Source: Gekko japonicus (Eukaryota). From it: a stretch of DNA of 63,512 nt. A program made the translations under genes and the position numbers. Below, in pieces: positions 11,810-25,838 of the stretch. Position 1 is the first letter of the stretch, and the number at the start of each line of letters is the position of its first letter. Below the pieces are notes generated by a model. The model saw only the letters and a list, made by a program, of their open reading frames with translations. It was not told the DNA's origin and did not search any database. The stretch covers positions 396,687-460,198 of the forward strand of contig NW_015167580.1 in NCBI RefSeq assembly GCF_001447785.1, written 5' to 3'.

Positions 11810-13689
11810 ACACAGTGATACAATCAAATGGGGAACTGAAACAAAATCTTCCTACTGTGTTGTTTCAGACCAGCCATATTTTGCAAGGTATCATTTGTGC
11901 TTAAGGGGCTGATCTGGTAGGTGGGTGCTTCAGTATCATTTGAGATGAAAATTCTTGAGTTGTCCCTTAGACATCTCTCAGTCTCAGTTCCCATCTGCAG
12001 CACAGGTGGACCTCCTGATTGCACCTGGGTTTTGGGCACTGTGTGATACAGAGTGATGGACTAGATGGGCCATTGGCCTGATCCAACATGGCCTATTTTA
12101 TGTCCTTCTGTTCTTAATATTGGCCTACCTTCCAGGGCTCAAGCAGTTTTAATCCTGTTTACCTCTTTGCTCAAAAATACAAACAAGAAATAGCACCATT
12201 AATTTAAAAACATAATTTTCTTTAATTTTCTTCAAAGTTTAATATTTGTTCATTCATTCCCTCTTTATGTTTTTCAACCGCACAAATAGAATCACTTAAA
12301 GGCCTATTATGCATGGTGTCTTCTCTCGTTTTCACCATACATGTCCATCAGGTTTTCTGTGTCATTATGCATTGATTTTTCTCCAGAGCTCAATTCACTT
12401 CCTGGTCGCTGTTTCCCCAAGTTTTCCAAGAGTGCTTTTGTGCCAATTTCCCCCCTTGTTTAACGTTCACGCCGAAGGTAATTCAAAAGCATACAGATCC
12501 CCTCAGATCCCCCCCTTGCCCTTTTGCCGCCCCTGCAGGTCACTCCCCTACCTACATCAAGATCATTCCGCCCATTCTGCACTTCCTGCCATTCTCCCCC
12601 TTCATCAGCATACAAGCTCTGTTATTACAAGTGGCATGAGTCTAGTGATATGAGACTATTGCTAGTCTCAGATTGCTGGATAAAAAATTTAAATGACAGG
12701 AAAAGTTTAAAAGGAGCTGCACAAGATTTAGTTCCCTGCTGGTATTGACATGAAAGGGGGATCAGAGAGGATGCAAACAGCAGTGTCCTCAGTACAAAAA
12801 AAAAAAAAAAAGGATTCCTGTGCTGCATGCAAACAAAATAAAGGGTGCGATCATCAGTGTGGAATGAAACTAACCATGAGATGTAAAGAGAGAGAGACAC
12901 TGGGATGGGAAGCCTAAAGCTTTTAAAACTTTTTTCCCCGTTAAGTCTTTAGTGAACAAAGTTCGGGGGGGGGGGGACCATTTCAACAGTCTCCAGAAGA
13001 CTAACATTAAAATGGTGGCTAAGCCAGTTAGACCTTCTGCAAACCACCAAACTTAAGAATCACTTGGGGTCGATCCATTTGGAGACAGAGTGCAATCATC
13101 ACCGGACAGGCTTTAAAAAACTGCCAAGATCACAAGAAGTGTGCAGGATCAAATTAGATTATCACAAAGAGAAAACCACACAAATTTGCAAGGAAGAGCA
13201 GGAATTAGCACTACTATGCAGCTGTACAGGCGCACTGGCAAAAATACCCCCCTATTATTATTTTTTCCCCAATTTAGGGGCACAAGATTAAAAAAGCTCT
13301 CTGGAGCTTCTGCCAAAGGACTCCTCCCCCACACAAATTGGATCCCTGTGATGCAGAATAATAATGGTATGGAGGAAAAATAATGGCACAGAATCCAAAG
13401 TCAAACTTAAAGGCTTACTGCTCTGAAAATCTGCATTAAAAGGTACATGCGTAATGGGCCATATAATACATACACATTTTGCCCTGCCCTGCCTCCCCTT
13501 GAAACACAAATTTTGAAAAATCCATTTTATATGAACAAAGAATGCTCCTTATTCTCATGTACTTCATATGATTATTTATCAGAAATACCAAAATAATGAT
13601 CCCTCCCAACCCACCCACCAGCAATCCACAGCTCCAAATTCATGGAGGCATAATCCAAACTAGTTTTTTTTAACTATGTTAACATAGTT

Positions 13690-14058
13690 CTTTTGAACTA
13701 TGGTGCTGGAGAAGACTCTTGAGAGTCCCTTGGATTGCAAGAAGATCAAATCAGTCAATCCTAAAAGAAATCAACCCTGACTGTTCCCTGGAAGGCCAGA
13801 TAATGAAACTGAAGCTCAAATACTTTGGCCACCAAATGAGAAGGGAGTACTCACTGGAGAAGACCCTGATGCTGGGAAAGATTGAAGGTCAAAGAAGACG
13901 GGGCTGGCAAAGGATGAGATGGTTAGACAGTGTCATAGATGCAACAAACATGAAACTGACCAAACTTCAGAGGATGGCGGAAAACAGGCGGGCCTGGTGT
14001 GATCTTGTCTATGGGGTCGCAAAGAGTCGGACTCGACTGTGCGACTGAACAACAAAAA
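13690..14058 (+). mobile_element. BovB/RTE LINE 3' fragment
   Basis: RVPWIARRSNQSILKEINPDCSLEGQIMKLKLKYFGH..SLEKTLMLGKIEG..RWLD, with a (CAA)n end. Confidence 0.9.
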
Positions 14059-14728
14059 TCCAAACTACACCACATTCTCCTTTCTAAGTCCATTGACCTC
14101 ACTGGTCTTAGTCCAATGGCAATTCAAAAGGGAATGAAAAAGGATAGGATTGCCAACCTACAGCTAGGGCCAGGAGATCTCCAGGAATTGTAACTGATCT
14201 CCAGACAATGAAGATCAGTTCTCTTGGAGAAAATGGCTGCTTTGGGGTGTGAACTCACTGGCTTTATACTCCATTGAGGTGTTTCCCATCAGAAACCTTC
14301 CCCTCCCCAGGCTCCACCTCAGAATACCCAGGAATTTCCCAATCTAGAGTTAGCTACCCTCCCAGGAAGATTTGAGGCAAAAAAAAAATCTCCTAGTGAC
14401 GCTCAGTTCCACATCCTCCCCTCTGAATCCCTCAGGGCAAAACTACCACAAAGCCCACCTGGTTTTTGCAATCTCCCAAAGATTTCTCTAACAGACAGGA
14501 TGGCTCATCCCCTGACCCATAAAGACCTCCCCAGGCCAGACAGCTGTCTTTTTTTGGTAACTATGTACTTTTTTCCCATCAAAGCAACAAAAACCAATGG
14601 TACTGGTTCAAGGTGCCCCATGAGGGACCAGAGACCTCCCAGAAATACCAGTCTTCTCATAGGCAGTTAAAAAAGGATATAAAAGGGGTTCCCAAAGCTG
14701 CACCATTTTGCAGCTGATACAGTTATTA

Positions 14729-15074
14729 AAGGTAAAGGTTTCCCTTGCTCGAAAGCCAGTAGAGTACGACTCTAGGGCTGTGGTGCTCATCTCCGTTTCA
14801 AAACCGAAGAGCCAGCGCTGTCCAAAGACATTTCTGTGGTCATGTGGCCAGCATGACTAAACACCAAGGTGCACGGAACGCTGTTACCTTCCCACCGAAG
14901 TGGTACCTATTTATCTATTTGCAATTTCTTGCTTTCGAACTGCTAGGTTGGCAGGAGCTGGAACTAGAGATGGGAGCTCACTCCATCATGCGGCACCCGG
15001 GTCTCGAACTGCTGAACTACCGACTTTCCACAGCCTGCAGTCCAGCGTCTTAACCACTTGAGCCACCGCAGCTC
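14729..15074 (-). mobile_element. Sauria SINE
   Basis: (ACCTTT)n tail read as AAAGGTAAAGGT, tRNA-like head at the right end, 15-bp TSD CTGATACAGTTATTA. Confidence 0.82.
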
Positions 15075-15600
15075 CTGATACAGTTATTAGCAGCCATCAA
15101 ATATATTATTACGTGAAAAAGGGATCTCAATCTGTATTAACTATTTTGATCACAACATGTAATTAATTTATATTAATACATGCCAATTTCAAGAGCCTTT
15201 GGTATATGTGGCTCATACGTATCCAAGCACTTTCAGAAGGGGTTCCCTTCAGTAGAAGGAGCCTTCCCATGATGTAATGTGTTCATCATAAATTTGGACC
15301 ATGTTATGTCCTTCCTCATGAAAGAAGGACTGGAACAAAACAACCCAGCCCCCATCTGCTAACATTCAAAGACACAACCCTTTTGTGGTCAGGATGAAGC
15401 ATCATTCACTCAAGAATGGCACATCCTACTTTTATCATATGTCTCCCCTTTCCTCCATTAGGGCCAATTGGTTTACAGCTAAAGAATATGAAGGCAGAGC
15501 ACAGATGCAAAGAGGAGAGATATAAGGGTCCATTATTGTTAAGACTTCTCATATCATCTCTTCTGTTTCCTTTCCTCATTGCATCAATAAGCCCCTCATC

Positions 15601-16067
15601 ATGTTCTGGCCTCCCATCCTCAGCCTTCTAGTGCTGTGGTGCACAGGTAAGAGAAGGTCAAATATGAACTGAAATTCTTTTTAAGATAAGCAAAGGGTGC
15701 CTTACAGTTTCTGCTGTATAATTTTTTTCCAGGTTCAGATTCTCAGCCTGTGCTGACTCAGCCGCCATCATCATCGGTGTCACCAGGGAACACAGTGAAG
15801 CTCTCCTGAATCATGAGCAGCGGGTCCAGCATCAGTAGCTATAATATCTATTGGTACCAGCAGAAGCTTGGGAATCCCCCAAGATACCTCTTATGGTATT
15901 ATTCCGATTCCAGCAAGGGCCGAGGCTCTGGGGTCCCCTCTCGTTTCTCTGGCTCCAAAGACACATCTGCAAACACAGGCTATTTAACCATTATGGGAGC
16001 CTTGGCAGAAGATGAGGCTGGTTACTACTGTGCTGTAGCTCATGGCAGTGGTAGCAGCTGGAGGTAA
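15601..16067 (+). pseudogene. IGLV pseudogene V4 (Cys23 to TGA; RSS split by a MITE)
   Basis: Leader 15601-15646, intron 15647-15732. The first conserved Cys codon is TGA (15807-15809). The heptamer breaks after CACA at 16072 and the spacer/nonamer resume after 16521. Confidence 0.92.
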
Positions 16068-16072
16068 ACACA

Positions 16073-16521
16073 GGCCCCTGCCACACGCGGGGAAAAGAAC
16101 GGCCAAAGTGCGGGTTTTTAAAGCCACACCAAAAGAGACACGCGGTGGCGGGATCAGATAGATCCCCTGAGCCGCCGCGCAGTTGCTCCCTGGCACGATC
16201 AGATGCCGGGGGGAAGCCACTGCAGGGAGAGCAAGGCAGCCAAACTGCGCATGTGTGCGCGTGCACAGTTTGGCCGGGAGCCTCAATTGCTCCTGCAGAC
16301 GGGCGTGCCAGTGATCTCACGGCCGCACTTGCTGTGCTGTTCCAGGTTGGTGATACCTTTTACTTGGGGTGGGTGGGGGTTTGCAGCAGGTTTTAGGCCG
16401 GAAGGGACGGATCGTGGACGAGTGCACGCCAATTCCCAGATGTTGCGGTGTGCTCGCGCCCATTTGCTGCACCCCCGATCCGGCCCTCTTCCGGCCCAAA
16501 ACCTCCCGTGTGACCGGGGCC
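16073..16521. mobile_element. Harbinger-like MITE inserted in the V4 heptamer
   Basis: TIRs GGCCCCTGCCACACG / CGTGTGACCGGGGCC, probable 3-bp TSD ACA/ACT. Confidence 0.8.
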
Positions 16522-17013
16522 ACTTTGACACAGTCAGTTGGGGAACTGAGACAAAAAACCTTCCTCCCTATCCTTAGTGCAGAACAATGAAGCTTTGCAA
16601 GATGTAATTTTGTGGTTAAGGGACTGATCTGTGATCTAGCAGGATCTCATCCAACATACCTTAAAACTTGCAAGGTACCTATCAGCTCACCCTACCACCA
16701 GCCTTAGCCCCAACCCCCCCCCACACACACACATTTAGAATAATCATAGTGACCTACAATGTGAGGTTAAAGAAGAGAACAATGTAAACTGCTTTGGGTC
16801 CCCACTGTGGAAGAGGATGGGGTACAGATTAATTAGATAAATAAATATATAAATAAATTTTGATTTTATTTAAAAGAGTGATTATAGGCATGATATAAAT
16901 AAAACTTTTTACTCTAATAGACCACACAAAATTATGTAGAGCTACACAAATTTTAAAATCACAGCAGACCAGAAAGAATCCTAAAGTCCAAGAAGACCTA
17001 GGAAACCCAGCGG

Positions 17014-17354
17014 CAGAGGTAGATTCGGCGGGGATCGCGAGGGATCACAGTTCCCCCGGGGAAGGTGCAGGGGGCGGGGCACATGACGAAGCCCCGCCCC
17101 CTGCTTCCGGCCGCCCCGCTTCAAGCCCTCAATCCGCCAGGAGGAAGCAAGAGAAGAGGGAGGGTAAGTTGCTTCCTCCCCGCCTCTCCCCACCCCTGCC
17201 TGCCTGGGGCCAAGGAGGGCCTTCGCGGGGCTTCCTCGCACTCCCCCTGGCCTTGCAGGTCCACCGCCAGGCCCCTGATGTCAGGGGGTGTGGCATATGC
17301 TAATGAGTTATGCTAATGAGTTCCCCTAGCTCTTTTTCTACGAAACGACCCCTG
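17014..17354. mobile_element. hAT MITE (family B, GC-rich)
   Basis: Termini CAGAGGT.. / ..ACGACCCCTG, 8-bp TSD CCCAGCGG. Confidence 0.85.
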
Positions 17355-18302
17355 CCCAGCGGTAAGCCCATTGAAAAGCAATAATTCATTGGAAAGAGCA
17401 GAAAAAGTTCTGCTCCCTGTTCACAAGTAGCAAACAGGATAGTAGTCAAACTGGTAGGTGTTGAATCACCCTTAAAATCAACCGTTTCCTCCCAGCAAAC
17501 TAGAAAGACAAGGTAACTTTGCCATATGCTGAAGAGTGTAATTTTATACCTTAAAGGAATACTGTGTAGAAGTCAAGAAACTGTGATGCTGTCTCACTGT
17601 ACATATAACCATGTGGGGGAGCTCTTGAACTGTGCTGTTTATTCTACAACTAGACCAGAGGAAGAGACATCCTTAACAAAAGGCTACTCAGCTGCTGTCT
17701 ATTATTATCAAACCAAACTACTGCCTTCAGTGCTCCTACCCCAACATCAGAGTGCTGAAAGCTCTTTCCCACCTGTTGGAGAAGGCATTCAATTACTCTG
17801 CAGAAGACATTCCTAAATTATCTTTCGGAAGTGGATGATGTGTGCAAATTGGGGAAAAATTGTTTCCTTTCTGAAAAAACTTAACTGGGGCTCCGATCAC
17901 ACCAGCGAGGAACTGCGGGCGGGAAGCAAGGCTGTTTGCCCCGGGGCGAACTGACGCATGTTTCTGCGATCAGACTTCCACCCGCCTGCCCCACAGTTCT
18001 GGATACTACTAGCTCCTGTGCCGCAACAAGACACCCCGCCAACGACTCCGGGACGCTGGACAGATGTGTCCGTCTGATTGCATCCCTTTAATCCGCAGGG
18101 GAATTGCATGTCTGTCGCAGCTTCTGGTACGTATGATCACAGCCTGGTTCTTTCTTCTCACTCTGGCTCTGGTGGTTGGTATTATCAGATTAAACACCTT
18201 CATCCTCTGGCCCCCACCAAACAGGGAGAGGGAAGAGCATTGTGCAACACCCTTTTTTGCTGCCAAAAACCCAGAATATCCCCACATTGCATGATACTCT
18301 AG

Positions 18303-18443
18303 GGCTGTGCTCACACACACTAAATAATCCACTTTCAATCCACTTTCAGTACACTTTCCAACTGGATATTTACTGTGTGAACTGGCAAAATCCAGTTGGA
18401 AAGTGCATTGAAAGTGGATTATTTACTGTGTGTGACCACAGCC
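18303..18443. mobile_element. Short palindromic Harbinger-like MITE
   Basis: TIR GGCTGTG(G/C)TCACACACA, TSD TAG. Confidence 0.82.
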
Positions 18444-18521
18444 TAGGATTCCTAGAGTATTATGCAACACGGTGTTATCACTTCCTGTTTTTCATCCATA
18501 AATGTCCTCACAACATTGCAT

Positions 18522-18743
18522 GTAGAGTTGTCAACCTCCAGATGGTGGCTGGGGAATCTCCTGGGATTACAACTGATCTCCAGTCGACAGAGCTATTCAT
18601 TCTCCTGGAGAAAATGGCTGCTTTTGAAGATGGACTCTGTGGCATTACACTCCTCTGAAGTCCCTCCCCTCCCCAACACCACCCTCTCCAGACACCATCC
18701 CTAAAATCTCCAGGAATTTCCCAAACCAGAGCTGGCAACCCTA
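18522..18743. mobile_element. Non-autonomous DNA element with TAGGGTTGCCA-type ends (representative copy)
   Basis: Related decayed copies at ~10312-10535, 14144-14360, 24701-24890, 28077-28270 and 37016-37195 share GGAGATCTCC..ACAACTGATCTCCAG..GGAGAAAATGGCTGCTTT. Confidence 0.6.
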
Positions 18744-18826
18744 ATTTTGCATGGCACCATTCTTGCCTCTTTCTGCCCCCACCCTCAGCCTTCCCACTAG
18801 TTGCCAACTAAGGGTTGCTAAACCTA

Positions 18827-19343
18827 GGCCCCGGTCACACGGGCCGGATATCGTGGGGGGGAGGAATGGCTGTTTGCCCCGGAGCTAACTACCACGCGGC
18901 AGCTGGATCAAACGTCCCGCCGACGTCCCGTGGTTGGGGGGGGGAGGTGCCGATCATACTTCCCTCCTGCGGCACGGCAAAGAAGCGGCGCCCCGGGGGG
19001 TTTGTTTTTTTTTTTTTTTTAACCCAAGTGTTTGCATGCGCCGTTGGGTGCTTGTGCGCACCCGTGGAGATGTGACAAAAAAAACTTTTCATGACGGGAC
19101 ATGGGCGGGCGCCGGATGCCACGAGCTAACACCAGAAACGTGATCTGATGCCCACACTTGCCCCACGGTTTCCGGAAACTAGTACCTCAGAGGTACTAGT
19201 TTTTTACAGTGCATCTTCGGAGTGAAGCCTCGAGTGAGCCACGTGAGCTCTACGCTTCCCAGATGTGGCGGTGAGATCACGCCCGAAAAATCCGCCTATC
19301 TTCCGTCTCTCTAGCATGCCTAATGCTCCGTGTGACCGGGGCC
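18827..19343. mobile_element. Harbinger-like MITE
   Basis: Perfect TIR GGCCCCGGTCACACGG, 3-bp TSD CTA. Confidence 0.82.
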
Positions 19344-19392
19344 CTAATATATCGTCTGTAGAATGTGGGGGTTCTGCTTAGAAAGAGGATAT

Positions 19393-19680
19393 AGAAGAAG
19401 AAGAAGAAGAGAAGAAGAAGACATTGGATTTATACCCCGCCCTTCACTACCCAAAGGAGTCTCAGAGCGGCTTACAAACTCCTTTCCCTCCCCCTTCCCA
19501 CAACAGACACCCTGTGAGGTAGGTGGGGCTGAGAGAGCTCTTAACAGAAACTGCTCCTTTTCAAGAACAGCTGTGCCAGAACTATGGCTTGCCCAAGGTC
19601 ATCCAGCAGGTGCAAGTGGAGGAGTGGGGAATCAAACCTGGTTCTCCCGCGCACTTAACCACTACACCAAACTGGCTCTC
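19393..19680 (-). mobile_element. tRNA-derived CORE-type SINE (Squam3-like), (TTC)n tail
   Basis: Reverse-complement head GAGAGCCAGTTTGGTGTAGTGGTTAAG with A and B boxes. (GAA)n on the + strand. Confidence 0.75.
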
Positions 19681-22313
19681 TTGCTTTGATACAAGGCTTT
19701 CTTGCTTTGAGACAAGGACAGGGTCAGCAGATGTGGGGCAGAGGCCAGGGCCCAGGTCTTTTGGCAGGACCCACTCCCACTCACCTCTTCCTTGTGTGCC
19801 TGCCCTGCCACCAGCCAGGGTGCCCTCCCCCTAATCTGTTTAGGGCTCTACCACCCACACTCTCTGATGCATGCACTGTCCAGCATCATTGGGGAAGAGT
19901 GTGTAGGTGGTACAGAATGGGGGCTCTTTCAGCAGTGGCGATCCCAACCACATACTGGCTGGTGCTATTGGAGAAAGGTTACATTGGAGGGCTCATGGGC
20001 GGAGGGAGGACACATAGGCAGGTGGGCGGGAAGGGAAATCCCAATAGGGGGCTATTGGTGGGGGAGGACGCGGGAGGATGCTGGGCACTGTCTGCCCATA
20101 GCCCCTCAATACCTGGAACTGGCCCTGCTTTGTGTTGGATCCCCAAGCATCGAGAATAAATCCACGTTTTAAAGAAAAGCAAAATTTATTTCAAAGCGTT
20201 GAAGACATACTCAAACACGTTCTTTGTTAGAACTGGGGATACACAGTTAGGTCAAGCATAATAAAGGAACTTCAAACAGATACAGATCCAATGAATATCT
20301 TTCCCGCTGGCGGGCTAAGGAAACGGTTGCGCGCCCAGTACATGAGAACCAGGCAGAACATCAGACAAAACACAGGTGCAGTAGTCCTGGGAAAATCAAT
20401 AGGCAAGCATTACAGCATCTTCTCCCCCACACAACCTCCAGCAGTTATCTTTTGCATTCCAAAGCAGGAACAGGATGATAGAAGCCAAGCCGGGTGTAAC
20501 AGGGAAAGGATATGTACACAGAGGTCACAGAAAACAGAATGGCAGCTTGCTGACACTTTGTGGCAAGAAGATAGACAATAAATGGTTTTCCAATACTGCC
20601 TGATGATTCTATGAAAAAGAAGTGTGAAGCTATCATTAGCAGGTTGTGCTCATTCACAAATTGTACAATTTACTCAATTTTTTGTTCATATACAAATTGC
20701 CAAACAGAAGTATAGTTTATAAATGTTCTAGTCTTCCATTTAGCTTGTATTGACAGAGGATAAGAAAATAAAGGGTACAACCGAATCCTGTCTGGGCAAT
20801 ACCTAATCTTACACCTTGGCCCAAAATCAAATATAAAATACCATTAATAAAATAAATATTATTAATGTAAAAATGTGCTTTATATCCTAAAAATGTTCTT
20901 GCCACAGGAGTGCTACTTGGAGGAAACCCATGAAGCTCCTCCCTACAAAACTAAATCACAGTTGTAATTAGTTTCAACATGGAGCACTTACACATTTGAA
21001 GGTTAAGATGGAATATCCTTCCTGATCTATTGGTTTCTGAATAAAGACTCTAGAGAGCACTCGTAAGACTGAACAGGCTCACTATAGCTGATGCTTAAGT
21101 GGGTCAAGCTAACATATAAATTATATTTAAAAATGTATATACAAATATTTATTAGGGTGTATACATAACTAAAACTTCCTTTGATGGAAGTGACACACAT
21201 CCTGATGAATGGGATATTCGCTACCAGAATAAATTGGAGAATTTGCAGAGCTACTATCTATGGCCCACTATACAAACTTGTAGCAAATGCAAAGCATATA
21301 AGAAAGCAACATCTCGTCATATATATATACAAAATTCTTTATGCATGTATTTCTGGATGTGTGTCTTTGTAAAATACAGAATACTGACCATTGAGGAAGG
21401 CCCAAAGGAGCTGAAACGCTATGGCCCTTAGGTCATAAGTTATACTCATCAATTGGATATGTATATCAGCTTTGATGATAGAAGCTTTAAGAGTCTGATA
21501 TTTAGACTATTTCTTTTAACTGTATGTATGCTTTAGTTATGTGTACACCCTAATAAATATTTGTATTTTTTATATAATTTATATGTTAGCTTGACCCTCT
21601 TAGATCGCAGCTACATTTTGGGTTGAGTTCCCCCCCCCCTTTTTTTTTCTTTGGTTTTTGTCACTATTGCTGATGCCTGACACAAAATACTAGTCTATGA
21701 ATTTATATGTCTTGTGCACATCTCCCCAGAAAATGTTGGTCTGAAACAAAATGTCCAACCCAGGCCCTGTACCAAGCAAACCAGCTCAGCTCAAAGGCAA
21801 ATTGAAAGAGCAGACTCACGATGCCAGACTGAAGTATCAATCATTGAAAATGGCACATCATGCCTTTCAGTGGCAGCCTCTAATCTGATTGGATTAGTAA
21901 TAAAATATGGATCCATCCCATCCTTTCAATACCTGGATTAAAAAGGGATTCTATCACCCATTTATGATTAGTTCACATTGACACAAAGTACCAGGATATA
22001 ACCCTCTCTGCTTGGTGCCCATTATATTTTTACTATCTCCCCCCCACACACATACAAACACAATGAAGAAAATTCAAATATAACATTCAAGACAATCCTA
22101 AAGGTTCACTGCTAAAAAAAGAGAGAGAGATCAGGTTGAAGTATCAATCACCTAAGACTGGCAAATCCTAACCTAACAATAGAGCCAATCAGATTACAGT
22201 TTATTAACATGGGGGCGGAGCAGAGACGCAAATAGGACAGAAATAAAAGGACTTCCTTTGTAAAGACTTCCAGTGTGTTTCCTTTCCTCACTGGATCACT
22301 GAATCAAATCATC

Positions 22314-22791
22314 ATGTTCTGGCCACTCATTCTCACTCTTCTAGGGATGTGTTGCACAGGTGAGAGTGGGTCAAATGGATATTCCAGTCATTGCTAAGGT
22401 GAGTGCAGCTGATGGGCAAAGTTGGTCTGACCATTTTTCCATTACTTTTTGGGCAGGTTCATACTCTCAGCCGGCTCTGTCTCAGCCACCATCGGCATCT
22501 GTGTCAGCAGGCACTACAACAAAACTCTCCTGTGTGGGCAGCAGCGGGTTCAGCATCGGTGGCTCCACCATGGTCTGGTACCAGCAGAAGCCTGGGAATC
22601 CCCCAAGATATCTCTTACGGTATTATTCCGATTCCAGCAAGCACCAGGGCTCGGGGGTCCCCTCTCGTTTCTCTGCTTCCAAAGACACATCCAGCAACAC
22701 CTTCTACTTAACCATCAAGGGAGTCCAGGCAGAAGACGAGGCTGATTACTACTGTTGTGGAGATCATGGTGGTGGTAGCAGCTGGAGGTAA
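22314..22791 (+). CDS. IGLV segment V5, apparently functional
   Basis: Leader 22314-22359, intron 22360-22456, V ends YYCCGDHGGGSSWR*. RSS CACAGTG 22793-22799 / 23 / ACAAAAGCT 22823-22831. Confidence 0.92.
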
Positions 22792-23051
22792 ACACAGTGA
22801 TACAATCAATTGGGGAACTGAGACAAAAGCTTCCCACTGTGCTTGGTTCAGAACAGCTCAGCTTTGTCAGGTATATCTCTGCGCTAAAGGAGCTGATCTG
22901 GTAGGTGGGTGCTTCAGTAGTCTCATTAGAGCTGACCACTCTTGCCCCTTAGGTCCGTGGGTCTCTCTCAGTCCCAGCTCCTATCAGCATGGGGCTAACA
23001 ATCCTGGCCCACCTTCCAAGGCTGAATCAGTCTGAATCCTGCTTACCTCTT

Positions 23052-23854
23052 TGCCAAGCCGGATCAACAGCCCTCGGCCGGAAAGGCCGTTGGGCTGGGG
23101 AGGCATATCTGCCGCCCAGAAGAATGAGACTGGCAGTCGTGGCGGGGCCCAAATGGCCCGGTTGGATCCAAGGGGGAGGAGGGGCCTAAGGAGTTTTAAG
23201 CTGGCCCCCCTCCCTGGCTCGGCAGCAGTTCACCGAGTCGTCGACCCACCCTCCCGCCCTGTTTTTAGTGCAGGCTTGGCTGGTCGCCCATTTGGGGGCC
23301 GGGTAGGAATTTTTCACACCCTCCTGATTGGCATGTGGAGGGGGTGTTTTTGCCTACCCTGTACTACAGCAGTGATGAAGGTGTTTTTTAAGGGTGGGCC
23401 GTTAGGTTAGGTTGGTCACTTTAGTGGGCAGGGTTATAGGCGGTGTGTAGGTGGCGGTACGGTGAGCACCAGCCAACACCCATATTTTGGGTTGAAAGGG
23501 GTCTAGTGAGTACAGAATTGTGCCTAGCGGCACGGGGCGGGGAAAGCAGACTGCCTGTGGGAACACCCCGTTTGGTCCTCTCTTTGAACCTAGCGGCTCG
23601 GGAGTTGGGGCTATGGGGGTCGTCCTGTAATGGCTAACCGGCCGGGCGGGAACCATCACTGATGGCTCCAGCCTTGGGTTGGGTGGCTCGCCCTATGTCA
23701 AAAGTTAAGGAAGGGGTCGGAGACCCCTGGGCCTTGATTATACCGCTGAAGTGTTTGCCCTTGCCGTTGGTTACACTTAAGGTGTCATTTAATAAAGTGG
23801 CCCAGTAGTTAAACCCAACACTTGTGTCTGTCTCTTATTTCTTCTTGGGTGGCA
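23052..23854 (+). mobile_element. Solo-LTR-like insertion
   Basis: TGCCA...TGGCA termini and AATAAA at 23791. Absent from paralogous flanks near 6030 and 12165. No clear TSD. Confidence 0.45.
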
Positions 23855-25838
23855 AAATACACAAACAAGTAACAGTATGATTTATTAAAAATCATTATTT
23901 TGTTTCATTTTCTGGAATGTGTATTCATTTGTGCATTCATTCCCTCTTCATATATTTCGGCAGAATTATTCTATCCATAGGCAGAATTCTTGCCCCGCCC
24001 TGCCTCTCCATGAAAAACAGATTTCGAAAAATCAGTTTTATACTGAAAGGGGAAAGAAAATCCATTCAGATTTACTTCAGGTGATTATTTCTCATAAACT
24101 CTAAAAGACTAAAATAGTGATCACCCCCCTCCCCCCAGCTACCCATACCCAATCCACTCCTCCAAATTCGTGGAAGCATAATCCTAACCACAGCACGGTA
24201 GCTTTGCCATTCTTCTTAAGCAGAGTTACACCTGTCGAATTGACCTCACTGATCTTAATCGTTTAAGAAGCCACCTGGGCAAAAGCTCAGATACCCTGGT
24301 CCTAAGCCATTTAGGACTCTAATGCCAGAGTCCTCCAGAGTCAGTGCCCCCTCCAGTAGAAGTTCTTTCTAGCCAAGCATTCAACTTCCTCCTGCATTTT
24401 CCATCGTTCTTGCCTTGGTTGTTCACATCTACTAATTTGTACAATTCCACCATTTTCCTTTGCATAGGAATTGTCAAACAGAAGTTTAGCTTCAAAATAT
24501 TCGATTTGCTTCTTATGCTTGAAGATATATAATAATATTCAAGCATAAGATTATATGCTTGAAGATAACAAAAATCTGAGCATTGGGCTGCTTCTACGTG
24601 GTGCACAGCAGATATGATGGGGTGTTTCAATTGACAGTGACATTATTTGACTATACATGCCATTTGCAAGATCAAGGGCAACTGAAAAGGGAACAGAAAG
24701 TAGAGCTGCCAACCTCCAGGTGGGGCTTGGAGATCTCCAGGAATTACAGCTGATCTCCAGATGACAGATGAAAATGGCTGCTTTGAAGGGTGAACTCAAT
24801 GGCATTCTACCCTGCTGAGGTCCCTCCCCTCCCCAAACCCTACCATCCCAAAGCTCCACCCCCAAATCTCCAGGAATTTCCCAACCCTCCCAGGAAGGTT
24901 TGAACCAAAAAATCTCCTTGCCTCAGGAAGCTCTGGTGAGGCTCAATTCTTCATCCTCCCCTCTGAACCCCTGAGGGCAAAATCACAGCACAGCACACCT
25001 TTCCACTCCACGTTCTCCCACAACGGCTGTACGATCATTGGAGTTCCCTGCCAATCATCTGAAGATGTTAAACTCATGCATGTTCCGGTTCCATAAATGT
25101 GTATCTGGAAACTGTGACAGTCACTTGGAAGTCACCAATTTACCCATATTAAAACTCATGCAATGAAGATTCTGAGACATCAGGGAAATATTATGGCTTC
25201 CTCTCAAGGGAATTCAAGCAACCATGTACTGTACATTCCTGTAGGTCACCCACTCTGCTGCAGGAACTGCAGGTGTAAGGTGAGCACGTACACAGCAGTT
25301 CTGTTTGCTTCATAATGTGCATAGAAACCTTAGGAAAGATCACTCATTTGTTTCAAAGTTCTCATCTACTTTTCTGAGACTATAAACTGGTCACAGCTGA
25401 GATCAGGGAGTCTACCTTAAGCTAGTCACAGCTAATTCTAAGGCCAGAGAACCCACCTGAGCCATGACCCTGACTAGCAGAAGTTCTTTTCAGCAAAGCA
25501 CTTCATTTCCTCCTGTACAAGTTTCTTCCTTCCTCGTTGGATATCTATCTGGGAAGAGCACCTGGTCTCTCTTACGTATGGAAGGCCACAATTACTCAAG
25601 ATAATTTAATGTCAAGTATTTGCCCATTAAAAAATATCTAATTGTACACTTCAGCCCATGATCAGATTTGTCAAAATATGTATCGTTCCCTTCAATACCC
25701 GAATGAAAAAGGGATTCATTCACACATGTAAATTCTAATCACTTGACACTAATTTATAAAATGTGATCATATATGCCAGGTTCCCCAAATGAAGAATAAT
25801 TTATATAAAACAATCAACCTAGCCTGGTGCAAATCTAA

